From NCBI GenBank assembly GCA_964016885.1, contig CAXHJY010000159.1:140936-204935 (forward strand): a stretch of 64,000 nucleotides of DNA. The letters are read 5' to 3'. The notes beneath the pieces were generated by a model that was given only the letters and a program-made list of their open reading frames with translations, did no database searches and was not told the origin of the DNA. Position 1 is the first letter of the stretch. Each line of letters starts with the position of its first letter. Of this stretch, positions 13,157-25,744 are shown one piece after another. The position numbers and the translations under genes were made by a program. The stretch comes from Eledone cirrhosa (taxonomy: Eukaryota).

Positions 13157-13453
13157 GTATATAGAAATAAATGTGCTTGTGTGGAGTGTGTCAATTTTGA
13201 TATGTATTTGCTGCATTGGATTAGAACACAATACATATATAATAGATATTATTCAATAATAAATAGAATGTTATTAAATATCACCATACCATAACAATAA
13301 GATATCAATTAATTGTGTATGAAAACATATTTACTTAGGAATTTAAAATATTTCAAAACATATTATTTAGTAAAAACTGGGTTTATAGTTCAACATTTTT
13401 GGCAATGATCATAAAGGTTTCATATTTCAATCAAGCCTACTATCAGACAACAA

Positions 13454-13901
13454 TTAACCCCTTTCATATCACACATGGTTCTACAATACTAAGCAGTTTA
13501 TTTTAACCCTTTAGCATTTACATTACTCCATATTTGCTATTGTATTTTCAAGGTAAACCCTTTATTTCTCATAAATATCTCACATAATATCGAATGTATG
13601 AGATTCTGATATTATTTATTTGGAGAACAATACCTTAACATAAGTATGAGCAGCCAGTTTGAACAGAAAGAGGTGAGAGAATTCTGGCTGGATATGGCCA
13701 GTTTAAATGCTAAAGGGTTAAAGTATTTATGTTGCTTTAAAAACCTTACATCATAATTTTATGTTAGAACCATTGTTAAGTTATGTCCCAAACATTGACT
13801 TTAATAATGAGAAAGGTACTCCAAATTCTTAATTGTTTTCAAAATGATTTGGAAAAAAAAGACAGTGTCTTTCGTTAGAAATATAGTAACAAAGTGGGTA
13901 A
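13454..13901. mobile_element. MITE B interrupted by MITE A (13503-13721, forward)
   Basis: The A copy has TTAA at both ends and sits inside a B body. Confidence 0.85.
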
Positions 13902-13994
13902 ACAAAACTAATAAACAGTATAAACAGCTATTACATAAAAATAATAAACAAAAGCAAATTGAAAGAATACCAACATTACTGAAATAGCACTTAC

Positions 13995-14088
13995 CTTCCG
14001 TGGAAGATCAGGTTTTACTTCCAATGGTTTCTCAGAATGATACTGTGTAATGAATCCAATTATGATTAGTCTTCCTTTTACTGCTAAG
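13995..14088 (-). CDS. PTGR3: PTGR3-like exon h: (S)LAVKGRLIIIGFITQYHSEKPLEVKPDLPRK
   Basis: Acceptor aaattgtag, donor aag|gtaagt, 94 nt, phase 2 to 0. Matches LATKGRLIVIGFISGY. Confidence 0.96.
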
Positions 14089-14159
14089 CTACAATTTAGA
14101 GATTTCTTGAATCAAACTTTATTATATAATATTTCAAAAGCAATACAAAAACAAGTGTT

Positions 14160-14503
14160 TTAACCTTTCAACATTTAAACTGGCCATATCCGGTCAGCGT
14201 TCTCTCACTTCTTTCTCTTCAAACCATCTGTAAATGGGCACTCATACTGATGTTAAGGTATTGTTCTCAAAATAAATAACATCAAAATCTCATAGATTCG
14301 ATATTATGTGAGATAATTATATAAGATAAAGCCTTTACCACAAAAATACAATAGTATATATAGAATAATTGTTTCTACTTTTGGCACAAGGCCAGCAATT
14401 ATCCCAGTGCATTACTGGTACTTTATTTTATCGACCCCGTAAGGATGAAAGGCAAGGTTAACCTCGGCGTATATATAGAATAATGTAAATGCTAAAGGGT
14501 TAA
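14160..14503. mobile_element. MITE A (reverse) carrying a 5'-truncated SINE (14370-14468)
   Basis: TTAA ends. The SINE fragment is flanked by a 16 bp TSD gtatatatagaataat (14354-14369 and 14469-14484). Confidence 0.9.
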
Positions 14504-16074
14504 GGTTATTTCCCTATTTTAGTCGTTTCTTGTAACATGCAGAAATATGATGTGCTTATTTTAAACTGGATATATTGTCATCATCATCATAATCAATGTT
14601 TAAAGTTCACTTTCTATGGATGGATCATCAGCAGATCAGGTTGGTACTGAAGCAAAGGTACTGACACCATGGATGGGCTGGGAGCTTGCATCTCACTTAC
14701 ATGCATTCCTGCACTCTACTCAGTGTTCAGACAACCTGGCAGCTTGTAACTTGCTTACATATGATCTTGCATACTATCAAGTGCATTTTATCATGGCACC
14801 AACACTGTGGAAGATGTCATGTGATCCTGGCCCTTTGTTAGGCAGGTTTTCTATGGCTGGGATGCCCTTCCTACGACCAAGCACTTTATGGAGTCTTCTG
14901 GGTGCATTCATCATGTAGATAACCAACACTATACAAACAAAAGCAATGTTCAACAGAATTTTATTGCAGTATTTACTAACAACAATGAAGAGGATTTCTT
15001 CTGATTAGTAAATCAACACATTATGAAAACTGTATATAGATGACATTCTCTGTTGTTGAATATATAAATATTTAATTACATTATAAATAACACTTTCAGA
15101 TCTTTTCTCCAGATAGTAAAATTTATTAAAACTCCACAACATACTTCCTGGAAGGTTTCCATTCCTAATCATCATGTTTAATTTAAGAATACTTCATACA
15201 ATATTTCAACTTCGTTTACAAATATTAAAAATTAATCACCTCAAACATTTAAAAAGGAAAACTAAATGTTTTCTGCTAGATTTCAAAAGCATACTAATAT
15301 GAAATTTTATTACTTTCTATGACAAATAACTAGTTTCAACATTGAAAAGAATTATTAATTATTTCATTATAGAGTCATGAATGATTTATGATCTATGGAA
15401 AATATTAAAAAAGAAGTATAACTATATCATCTAAATGAAGAGCCAATGCAGCTTCAAATGTAGACATATAAAAATTTAAATTCTTGAATTTTGTAATTAG
15501 TACAAATGAACATGCAAGTATTGCTGCAGAAATATAAAATATATTGGAAGGAAAAAAATTATAGATAATGGAAAACAAAGTTTAATTTTTAAAGCAATTC
15601 TACTTAATTTTTCTCTCACCAATGAGAAAGCTTTTATGCAGTCACTCAATGTACTTAGTCACACCCTACAATATGTAACTGAGAAAAAGCATATTAGTCA
15701 ATGTAGTTTTTTACTTAAACCAAAAGGAAAAGGAGTGAGTAATCACAGTTGGAATTACTTTGGTTATATTTCTACTCTATTAACAGCAACAATAACAGTA
15801 ACAAATGAAATAGGGAGTCTCTATGCAATTGTTCAACTTGATAGCAACAGCAATCAAATCTCTCTGAAACCATGCCCCAACATCTTAAATAAAGGTAAAC
15901 ACATTGAACAATGTAATCCATGACATACCAATAGATGGGATGGTCAAAGTTGGAACGTCTTTCATTGTAAATGTTCTCAATGAAAGCTGACCTGGGGGCT
16001 AAACAATAACTTAATTTCTGTTAATACTTTATATACTGTGCATCAAACAACAAGCACATCATTTCTATACAATC

Positions 16075-16299
16075 TTAACCTGTTAGCATTTACATTACTC
16101 TATATATACTATAGTATTTTTGTGGTAAAGTCTTTATCTCACATAATGATCTTACATAATATCGAAGAACCTATGATATTTTGATACTTATTTTGAGAAC
16201 AATACCTTAATATCAGTATGAGTGGCCAGTTATGGCCGATTTGAACAGAAAGAGGTGAGAGAATTTTGGCTGGATACAGCTGGTTTAAATGCTAAAGGT
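16075..16299. mobile_element. MITE family A, forward
   Basis: Shared body, degenerate TIRs. Confidence 0.85.
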
Positions 16300-17014
16300 A
16301 GTCATTGCCTTTTTAATTAAGAAAAACGATCATAAAATGAAATGAGAAAATAAGTCTACATTTTGGACAGAGCAGAAATAAGAAATGTGGTGTAGAAGAA
16401 AAAAGCACACTGAGTAGTGACTCTCACATCACTAAGACGGGGTGGAAACCATTCTGAGTTACACTATTGAAGAATAAAATTTGAGGCAGTGTTTCAGCAG
16501 AAATATTTTACTTTTTATAAAAATATCCCTATGAATCTAGCTCAGGAAAATGCTGCAACATACAAAGGACAATATAGTCTATGATATATCAATAGATAGG
16601 AAGATTAAAGTTAGCACACTTTTCATCATAAGACTTCTTAATAAAAGCTGATCTGGGACTAAACAATAACAATTTCTCTTAATATTTCATATGCTGTGAA
16701 TCTAGCTTAGGGGTCAAGCCAACCTCACCTTCATTTGGTGGTCTCTGGAAAAGCATTTGTTATAATACTTTGCTAACAAAGCTTTGTGTGTGAAAAAATA
16801 TGTTAACGAATGATAATAACGTGCACACGCACACACACACGCACACACACATACTTACATACATACATATGTCATAACTGTTCATTGCATATTTTCCAAT
16901 CATCAGACATGATGTGGCATGAAAAGAAGAAGAAGAATCTAACATAGAAAAATGCTGCAGCATACACATCATAATTATATATCACTGTTGTCATTTCTAA
17001 AGTTAATACAATGG

Positions 17015-17750
17015 TGTAGAAACAACATGGTTAAGAAGTTTGCATTGCAATCACAGGCCTGTCAACTCTCCACATCCAACGGGGAGATCTCCTACCCACT
17101 TTGGGGTGGGTGAGAAATGTCTTCTCTTTTGAAAATGGGAATAGCTTTCATTATGTAAAATCTCCCGGTGGATTGGCAGTATCGGTAGAGGGTCAGACGC
17201 CAAACTTTGATGCATGAAGTTACGGCCCTTGCCATTCTGAGTTCAAATCCCGCCGAGGTTAACTTTACCTTTCATCCTTACGGGGGTCGATAAAATAAAG
17301 TACCAGTAATGTACTGGGTAATTGCTGGCCTTGTGCCAAAAGTAGAAACAATTATGTAAAATCTCCCCATTTTGCCTCATTTCCCCCTATTCTAGTGCAC
17401 TTTTTTTTCATGGTACTCCGTTTGGGTTTTTAGAGGATGGCAGGTCTGCAATCATTAGGTCCCAAGTTTGATCCCATTGCATGGCATCCTGTCATTTACC
17501 ATAGCCTCAGGTCAACCAATGCCTTATGAATGAAATTGGATAGGCAGAAACTGTTTACCAGCCTGTTGGATAGATTGTACATACAATCAAAAGAGCCAGC
17601 CTTGCTGTGCCATGTTGACTCTCAGTGAGAATTTCATTAAGGGTAACATGTCAGAAGAATGCTCAGTTACTTACATGTTAATTTCATGAGCAAGCTGTTC
17701 CACTGATTGAACAACTAGGATACTCATTGTCGAAACCGACGGAGAACCAT
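17015..17750 (+). mobile_element. Triple nest: old SINE containing a hAT-like MITE (17054-17448), which contains a young SINE (17167-17350)
   Basis: MITE TIRs caggcctgtca / tggcaggtctg flanked by caatca on both sides. The inner SINE has a 17 bp TSD attatgtaaaatctccc (17150-17166 and 17351-17367). Confidence 0.75.
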
Positions 17751-18338
17751 TCCTTCTAAAAATAATAACTTCTTACAAAGTAAAACAGATTACTCTTTTG
17801 TGGTAAAATTTACCACAATAGAAAGTATGGCCCAGCATAAATTGCTACTTGCCAAAAGAAAGAACATTTTGATAAAGTATATAAGTCTTCATAAAAAGTA
17901 TATTTCTATATACATATCCTCTATCTTATCTATCAAAAACTTCAAGTGAAGTAAAAGCTGTTTTTCCTATGGGACATGCAGGCATTCTGCCACTTCAGTT
18001 TTAGTTAATGGAAATGTTTTAAATGCTTTGGTGGATTCGTCTTGTTCTTATATGAATGTATAGAAATGCACTTGTCCATATAACTTGCATTTGTATTTTT
18101 TAAGTTTGTTAAAGCTTTACTTAAACTATTGCTCTTAATAAAGTTTTTCGACACTAGATTTATGTGTATCCAGTTTAGAATAGATAAATATATCCCTACA
18201 TATTGTAAGTAAGTAAAAGAGTTGGCACCAAGAAAGGCATCTGTCTGTAAAATATTGCCTCAAACAAATACCAAGATGAGTATGAAGGCTATTATGAGGC
18301 TTACAAAGATAACCCCTGCTTTAACAGGGGAAATGATC

Positions 18339-18546
18339 TTAACCGTTTAGCATGTACATTACTCTATATATACTATTGTATTTTTGTAGTAAAGACTTTA
18401 TCTTACATAATTATCTCACATAATATCGAATCTATGAGATTTTGATGTTATTTATATACTTAACGTCATTATGAGTGGCCAGTTTGAACAGAAAGAGGTG
18501 AAAGAATTTTGGCCAGATATGGCCGGTTTAAATGCTAAAAGGTTAA
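18339..18546. mobile_element. MITE family A, forward
   Basis: TTAA ends, shared body. Confidence 0.85.
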
Positions 18547-18879
18547 AATGCTTGCTGTTGTTGGTCTGATTGTTACACTAATGGATTAATAAGACAAATT
18601 CTCAAATTAATTAAATATATATTTCTAACCCTTTTAATACCAGGCAGCCCCAAACTGACTCTGGTTCTATGTTACAAAGCTATTTATAAAAACTTTCCAT
18701 CATGATTTTATGTAAGAACCTTTGTTAAGTTATATTATGTTATGTTCAAAACAACAACTTAATAATGAGAAAGTTAGTTATTTTCCTCAATTCCTCGAAA
18801 TTTGTGATTACTTTCAAAATCAGCCTTGGTGGACACCTACATGCACACTAAATTCTTCACTATAGTCATTGTTAATCCT

Positions 18880-19690
18880 AATTTTGCTGACTGCTCCTCT
18901 ATACATAGCTTGTACAGTCTTCACAAGCAACTCATCTACTACAAGTTTTCTTAGAGCCCACTAGATTATGACACAGGGGACTCTGTGGAAAGCTTTCTCC
19001 AGATCAATAAATGTAAGAGGGGCTTACATTTTAGCTAAGTGCTTCTGCTGTAGTTGCTTTAGAAGAGGGCATCAGTGGTATCTTTACCTGGCACAAATCT
19101 GAACTGCATCTCATTTAGGTTAACCCTAATCAGCTGTGCTATAACTCTTTCTGTTACCTTCATGACCTGGTCCAAGAACTTGATGCCTCTATAGTCTTCT
19201 CTGTCTAGTGCATCTCCTTTACCTTTGTAGCAGTTGACAATGATGTTGCTATGCCAATCACTCAGTATGACACCATTTAGTATTACTTGTTTTACAATAC
19301 AAGTGATTAAGGCATGACCCACCATCCCAGATTCTTTCAGCATCTCAGCAAATATCTCTGATGGACCAGCTGCTTTCCTCATCTTCACATCCTTAATTGC
19401 CTTACTTATTATGCAGCTGTTAACTTGTACGGCTCCCTTCTGTTGGGTTTTACTTGGAGTAGACTATCTTGCTCCCAGTAATCATTCATAATGGGTCTTC
19501 CATGCTAGTTTCTTTTCAGCATCCAGGAGGGCAAATGCACCTTTATCATCTTGGACACACTTATCTCCAAAGACATCACAATTTTCCCTGACACACTGCC
19601 TCGCAATTATAAACACCTCATGCCACGGGTCTTCACATAGCAAAATGTGCTTAAATTTTTCATCTTCTGCTTCCCTCCTTTTATCTCAAT
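18880..19690 (-). mobile_element. Degenerate RTE LINE reverse-transcriptase fragment
   Basis: ORF 19059..19388 (KAAGPSEIFAEMLK...YKGKGDALDREDYRGIK...QFRFVPGKDTTDALF) is homologous to ORF 36627..38018. Confidence 0.93.
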
Positions 19691-19957
19691 GCTCCTCTAT
19701 ATCGAATGTTTGTTCTTCCTAACTATCCTAAGCATCTGAATTTGTCACTGGCAGAAGGCTCTTTCAACTTTCATATATATAATTTATATGTATGTGATGC
19801 CAGAAGACAGACAGTTCAAGTGTCACATCTGTGAACGTGCTTGCAGAACAGAAGCTGGGCTGAAAAGACACCAGCATGCACATGACTGTGCAATGTTCAA
19901 GGAAGAGTTGGCACTTTTCTGACAAGTAGCAATCAACACACATATTGAGAAAATAAA

Positions 19958-20378
19958 TTGCTTAGTGGTTAGAGTGTTTGGTTTATGACTGCAAGGCCAA
20001 AAGTTTGATTCCCAGTGGTGAAAAATGTGCTTGAGCAAGACACTTTATTTCACATTGCTCCAGTTCACCTAGCTGTCAAAAATGTGTTGTACCTGTAATT
20101 GAAAGAGACAGACTTGTGTCACACTGAATCTTCCTGAGAATTACATTAAGAATACAAATCTCAGTGGAATGCTCAACTGCTTGCATGTTAATTTCACAAG
20201 CAGGTCATTCTGGTGTTAGGAAGGGCATCCAGCTATAGAAATCAAGCTGAAATCTGTTCTATATGAGCAAGACATGGTCACCTGACCTGGCATTGCCCAC
20301 AACAAGACAACTCATCTAACCCAGCTAGCGTGGAAGAATGGAAATAAAACGGTGATGATGATGATGATGATGATGATA
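19958..20378 (+). mobile_element. tRNA/CORE-like SINE with RTE-type (GAT)n tail
   Basis: Head gcttagtggttagagtg, cttgagcaagacacttt core, ttaggaagggcatccagct module, (GAT)n tail. Confidence 0.8.
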
Positions 20379-20855
20379 TTCACCCCTAGATTCCTATCGC
20401 TCTCTCTTGATCATTAACATCTTCTCTTACAACTAATACATGCCGACTATATATGCTCACTCCACTTTTCCCTTAACCGCTCTGTATATACACACATACA
20501 CACCCTTATATTAACATACTTTTGCTCATACCTTCGTACTTACATGCACACACACTCTTTTACTTACATATACACACACATTTCCTCTTAGCTTCGTACA
20601 GACGTATAATAACACACACACACACATGCTTATGCACGTGCACAAGTATAGCTCTTTTTACAAAAGGTTTTTTTTTCCATTTCAGGTAGATACGCTCCAT
20701 GATCCACTTTTCTAAAAAATAAATCATACACAAAACGCCAGCACCAACAGTTTTGCAAGAGATGTCAACATGAATGGACCTGTTATTTTTATCTAAAGAC
20801 ATTTTTTGCAATTCCAACCCACCCATCCCCTCAATCTATCTTATTTCTCATTCTT

Positions 20856-20891
20856 TCTTCTGATGAAGGACTAGCGTCCGAAACGTTAAGA
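20856..20891 (+). ncRNA. Minimal type I hammerhead ribozyme motif (Penelope-type)
   Basis: tctt-CTGATGA-a-GGAC-tagc-GTCC-GAAA-cg-TT-aaga: 4 bp stem I, 4 bp stem II, palindromic AACGTT stem III, GUU cleavage triplet. Confidence 0.65.
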
Positions 20892-21083
20892 CCCTCTTCC
20901 TGCTATATCAAGCGTTAACCTAATATATTCTTTCCATATACTGTACTGATTATGTTGTTATTTCTGTTTACCTTTTACATACATATACATAGAGAGACAG
21001 AGTCTGCTGTGCTGTGACTGAGGAGACTACTAATCATGTGAGTACTCGATACATGGGGAGATATAGAGTGGGGATTTTACATT

Positions 21084-21146
<63 letters not shown>

Positions 21147-21595
21147 ATTTATATTTATATATATCATCAATCATCAGCAGCATCATTTAACTGCTTTCCT
21201 TGTTGGTAAAGGTTGAAGGGTTGAATAGGTCATAGGCAGACTGGGTTTGTACTCAAAGAGGACGTACAAACCTCATGATGGACTGGGAGCTACCATCTGG
21301 CTTACATTTCTGCATCCTACCAAATACTCAGATAAGCTTGCAGCCAGCAAATTGCTTACATACAATCCCACACACTACCAAGTGAATTTTATTGTGACAC
21401 TTTCACCAGTCAGGTTGTTGTGTCTTTGATACAGCTTAAGAGTCTTTCTGACTCTTTGTTTGGCAGGTTTTTTTCATCTGGATGTCCGTCCTGTCACCAA
21501 ACACTTTAAAGTGTATTGGGTACATTTATCATGTATATATATATATAAGTATGATAAGAGGGTGTTAAAGTTTGCTTGAAGCATTGTGAAATGTG

Positions 21596-21879
21596 TAAAA
21601 TATGTAGTTTAGAAAGCCACAACAATGCAGATGGGAAATCTCGAGGTAGGAAGTGAGTGAGAAATAGGAGAAAAGTGAAAATTGAGAGAATGAAAACAAA
21701 ACGTTGATGGGCGTAAGCCCGAAATATTGGGATTAAATCTCCACTACGGTAACCCTTCTACCTTTGTTTTGTTTTCATTTTCGTTTCTCTCAATTTTCCC
21801 TTTTCTCCTATTTCTCACTCACTTCCTACCTCGAGATTTCCCATCTGCATTGTTGTGGCTTTCTAAACTACATATTTTA
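21596..21879. repeat. ~110 bp inverted repeat with ~63 bp spacer; probable Penelope-like fold-back
   Basis: 21596-21702 matches the reverse complement of 21766-21879. The spacer holds a degenerate hammerhead core ttgat-GGGC-gtaa-GCCC-GAAA. Confidence 0.8.
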
Positions 21880-22664
21880 TATATAAGTATGTATATATTG
21901 GACCAGTATCCAGCGAAAGTTGTGGTGGTGTGCCTCTTCAAGTTTGTATGTTGTTGGCAGAAGAGGTTCCAATATTTCAAATGGAGTTCTTTAGAAGAGG
22001 AATATTCTTCACTGCTCTCAATCCATGGGAGTGTGAGAATAGTAAAGTATTGGAAAGGGTAAAAGAAATTAGTTACTGTAAATATATAGGAGAAGAGTGA
22101 TTGGAAGGTGAAAGGAAGACAATTTGAGAGAGTAGGGTTGCAAGAGGGGAGAGAATAAGAACAAGAAGGAAGAGGAGGATTAAAATGAGAAGGAAAGGTG
22201 GGGATTATTGATCAGTATAAAGTAGGGAGGGAGTTGGGGATTTTTTGTTTGACAGTTGAAAGAGGGTCTCATTCATGTCTGTACATGTACATACATGCAA
22301 ATAATTGAAATCAGCTTGCCAGCCAATGTATGTCCATACACAAGCACATACACACACACATGGTGCCATGCATACTACATTAGTAAAGAGTAATCTGTCA
22401 TACACAGGTGCATGCATATATGATGCCACACATACAGACAAATAGCAGAAACTAAGCTGCTAGGCTGCATGTTCTCAGGTACATGTACACAATCATATAG
22501 ATGCTCATGATCTCATAGCAAACAATATACACATGCAATGCATGTAACCACATGCAATGGCATGTGAATGCACTCATATACATAGCCATAAGTGTATATG
22601 CACACATACACATATTCATCTAAATATGAATATGAAAATATTCATATATTCTGATAAATGTATT

Positions 22665-22726
<62 letters not shown>

Positions 22727-22946
22727 TGTCAACTGCACACACACACACACACACACACATATATACATTCATACATATGCAAAGATATGTCAAGAAAACA
22801 TCAATAAAGCTCAGCACTTATAGATGAGATGGAGTTAGAAAGGTGGGCTGGGATCAGAAAAAGGAAAAGAAGAACTGCTGCTTTAAACCAAAGAAAGATG
22901 TTTTGAAAGACAAAATGTATCGTGTATGTATGAGTGTATATATACA

Positions 22947-23297
22947 CATCATCATCATCATCATCATTTCATTTTACGTCCACTTTTTCCCTGCTTGCAA
23001 GGGTGGGACGGGAACTGATTCTGGCTTGATTTCTACAGCTGGATGCCCTTCCTAACACCAACCTCATTTACAGTGAGTACTGGGTGCTTTTTTGCCGTGG
23101 CACCTCCACGACCACTTTGCAGTGGAATGATAGGGACCTCAGTCCCTATCATCTCATTTCTACAGCTGAGTAAACTGGAGCAATGTGAAATAAAGTGTCT
23201 TGCTCAAGGAAACAACACATCACCTGGTCTGAGAATTGAACTCACAACCTTTCGATTGCAAGGCCAATGCTCTAACAACTAAGCCATGTGCCTCCAC
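22947..23297 (-). mobile_element. Full-length chimeric SINE (tRNA head, CORE-like domain, RTE 3'UTR module, RTE tail)
   Basis: A and B boxes (TGGCTTAGTTGTTAG, GAGTTCAATTCTC). Near-identical to 58203-58540. The tail matches the LINE end at 38412-38470. Confidence 0.9.
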
Positions 23298-23474
23298 ATA
23301 TACATACATATATTTATGTATGGGCCTGTCATGCCTGATGGAGTCATACGAGTGCAATAGTGACATTTTGGGGCATTCTTAAATCTAGCAGAGTCCATCT
23401 GCTCTCCAGGTTTGAGCATGGCTGATTTTTTTCCAGAGTAGGATAGAGAGAGAGAAAGAGATATAGAGGAAGAA

Positions 23475-23632
23475 TTGACCCCAGTGCTAGGCTGGTACTT
23501 TTATTTATTAACCTTGAAAGGATAAAAGGCAAAGCTGACCTCAGCAAGATTTGAACTCAGAGTGCAGAGAGCTAAAGCAAATACCACAAAGCAGTCTATC
23601 TGACATTCTAACAGCTCTGCTAATTTGCTGCC
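23475..23632 (-). mobile_element. tRNA-derived SINE (same family as the 9755-10914 cluster, older)
   Basis: B box and gcctttta(t)cctt...aataaaagtacc core. Confidence 0.8.
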
Positions 23633-23665
<33 letters not shown>

Positions 23666-23837
23666 ACACACACACACACAGATCAGGGCTTTCCTGGTGA
23701 TTTCCTCCAAATGAAACAGTTCTAGTCCTGTAGAAGCCATTTCTATATTAAATATTTATACTCTGCTATGTATTGAGTACCTTACTTATTGTGGTTACCC
23801 CCGATTGAACCCGGGATAAACACACATATGTATATAC

Positions 23838-23907
<70 letters not shown>

Positions 23908-24918
23908 TTAGGGTAAACATTGATGCAATTCAATAATATGGATCATTTTGCATATATGTACTCTGTGTTTTTGCATTCATTCATTCACTCATTCATTCAT
24001 TCATTCATTGGTTCTTTTCTTTTGTGTACTTTATACATGTCTTTGTTGGTTTTGTTCCATGTGATGGAAATTACGACTATGTACCCAATTGACTACTACC
24101 CGTAATACTGTAATTTACCCTCAGTTCTACTGTACGGCACCATCGTTCAGTATGTAGATAGTGTAACTAACCTTAGGACCCCTTTCAGAACTTCTTACTT
24201 AAACATCTCTCTGCATATTATTTACTCACTTCAATCTATATTTTTTTTTTACTCACCTCAATCCGGATTCTCACTTGAAAAATCTCTAATTGTTTAATTT
24301 CTATTTGTTAATTTTTTAATTTATAATTTCTGATACTTGATTTAGGATTTTCGATTTTAAATTGTAATTTTTAGTTCTAATTTCACATATAACTTCCAAT
24401 ATGAAACTATGATACATAGAATTAAAAATATATACTCTTAGGGGTTGATGGTCAGTTATTAGTGAGAGGTAGTATAGAGAATGTAAATACTAACACTCTC
24501 CCATCCCCACTGGCTTTCGGCTGACTGCCACAGATGGGATGGGTAGTAGTAAACTATGGTGCCGGCTTGAATGGGTCATTGTCTGGCTGAGAGAGGGAAC
24601 TGACTAAGCGAATTTCGTTTAAATCTGCGGTAGCTAATGGTCAACTTCCCCCTGGACCTGCACCTGCACAGACCAGTGGGGATGAATTGGTACTCACAGG
24701 GAACGGATGAAGAACCCAAAAGCACATACTTCGTCCGTTCCCATGTCGATTCAATTTGGATTGCCTCGGAAACATAACCTTATTATGTAACAAGCTGTCT
24801 GACGATGTCGCGAGACTGGCGCTCAGAACAGTGTGTCCACTTTCGCCATTGAAATATATATCACAGCATTATTATTAAAGGACTTGAACATCTGAAACTA
24901 CTTTGCTTTTCCTTATTC

Positions 24919-24950
<32 letters not shown>

Positions 24951-24955
<5 letters not shown>

Positions 24956-25104
24956 GAATAATCACAGGAGATATTTTTTACAAGCATGTAACCATGCATA
25001 GCTAGTTGGGTAACACATAAATAAAGTTGACTACAACTTCAAAAATAGATACCTTTTAATATGATTACACGCTTGTAAAAATTATCTCCTGTGATTATTC
25101 ATGT
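24951..25104. repeat. ~45 bp inverted repeat with ~65 bp spacer, embedded in (TA)n
   Basis: tacatgaataatcacaggagatatttttacaagcatgtaaccat versus the reverse complement of atgattacacgcttgtaaaaattatctcctgtgattattcatgta. Confidence 0.85.
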
Positions 25105-25584
25105 ATATATATATGTTAATCAATTTCTAGTTATTATAAAATGCTCGGACCTATCTTTGAGGTTATTTTCCAGGTGATATGGTGCACGCCGTTATGGCAT
25201 GACACCCACAATTTCGATTTAGATTAAATTCATTTAATTTATCTTAATTTTGGATATAGATAGTTATATATATATACATATATATATATCGTCTAACCCA
25301 TGCTAGCGTGGAAGAACGGACGTAAAACGGTGATGATGATGATGATGACACACACACATATACACATAGAGAGATGGACTCTGCTAGGTTTATATGTTCA
25401 AATTGTAACATATATCACTATGGTGCACCACAAAATTAGGAAGGTGTATGCTAGTTTGCTATTTTATACACTATAATATATTTACTATATGATTACAACA
25501 ACACCAACAACAACAACAATAACAACAGCAGCAGCAGCAGCAACAACAACAACAGCAGCAAAGCAACAACAACAACAACAACAA

Positions 25585-25693
25585 TTGACCAGTACAGATT
25601 TTGCAGAATTGCAACAAATGATTTCTGCTTTAAGAAGGGAAGTAACAGGAATAAAAGTCTATCTGACATTCTAACAGCTCTGCTAATTTGCTG

Positions 25694-25744
<51 letters not shown>

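Noticed and set aside
12794-13236. Poly-Tyr/His/Thr/Ser ORFs
   Set aside because: Trinucleotide microsatellite with no splice or homology support.
23225-23297. tRNA genes here and at other A/B-box sites
   Set aside because: Each continues into SINE body and tail sequence and lacks a convincing cloverleaf, so they are SINE heads.
23690-23730. Active hammerhead ribozymes at 23690, 25770, 28700-28760 and 21704
   Set aside because: Core nucleotides are mutated (CTGGTGA, CTGATGC, TTGATGG) or stem I does not pair. Kept only as relic evidence.
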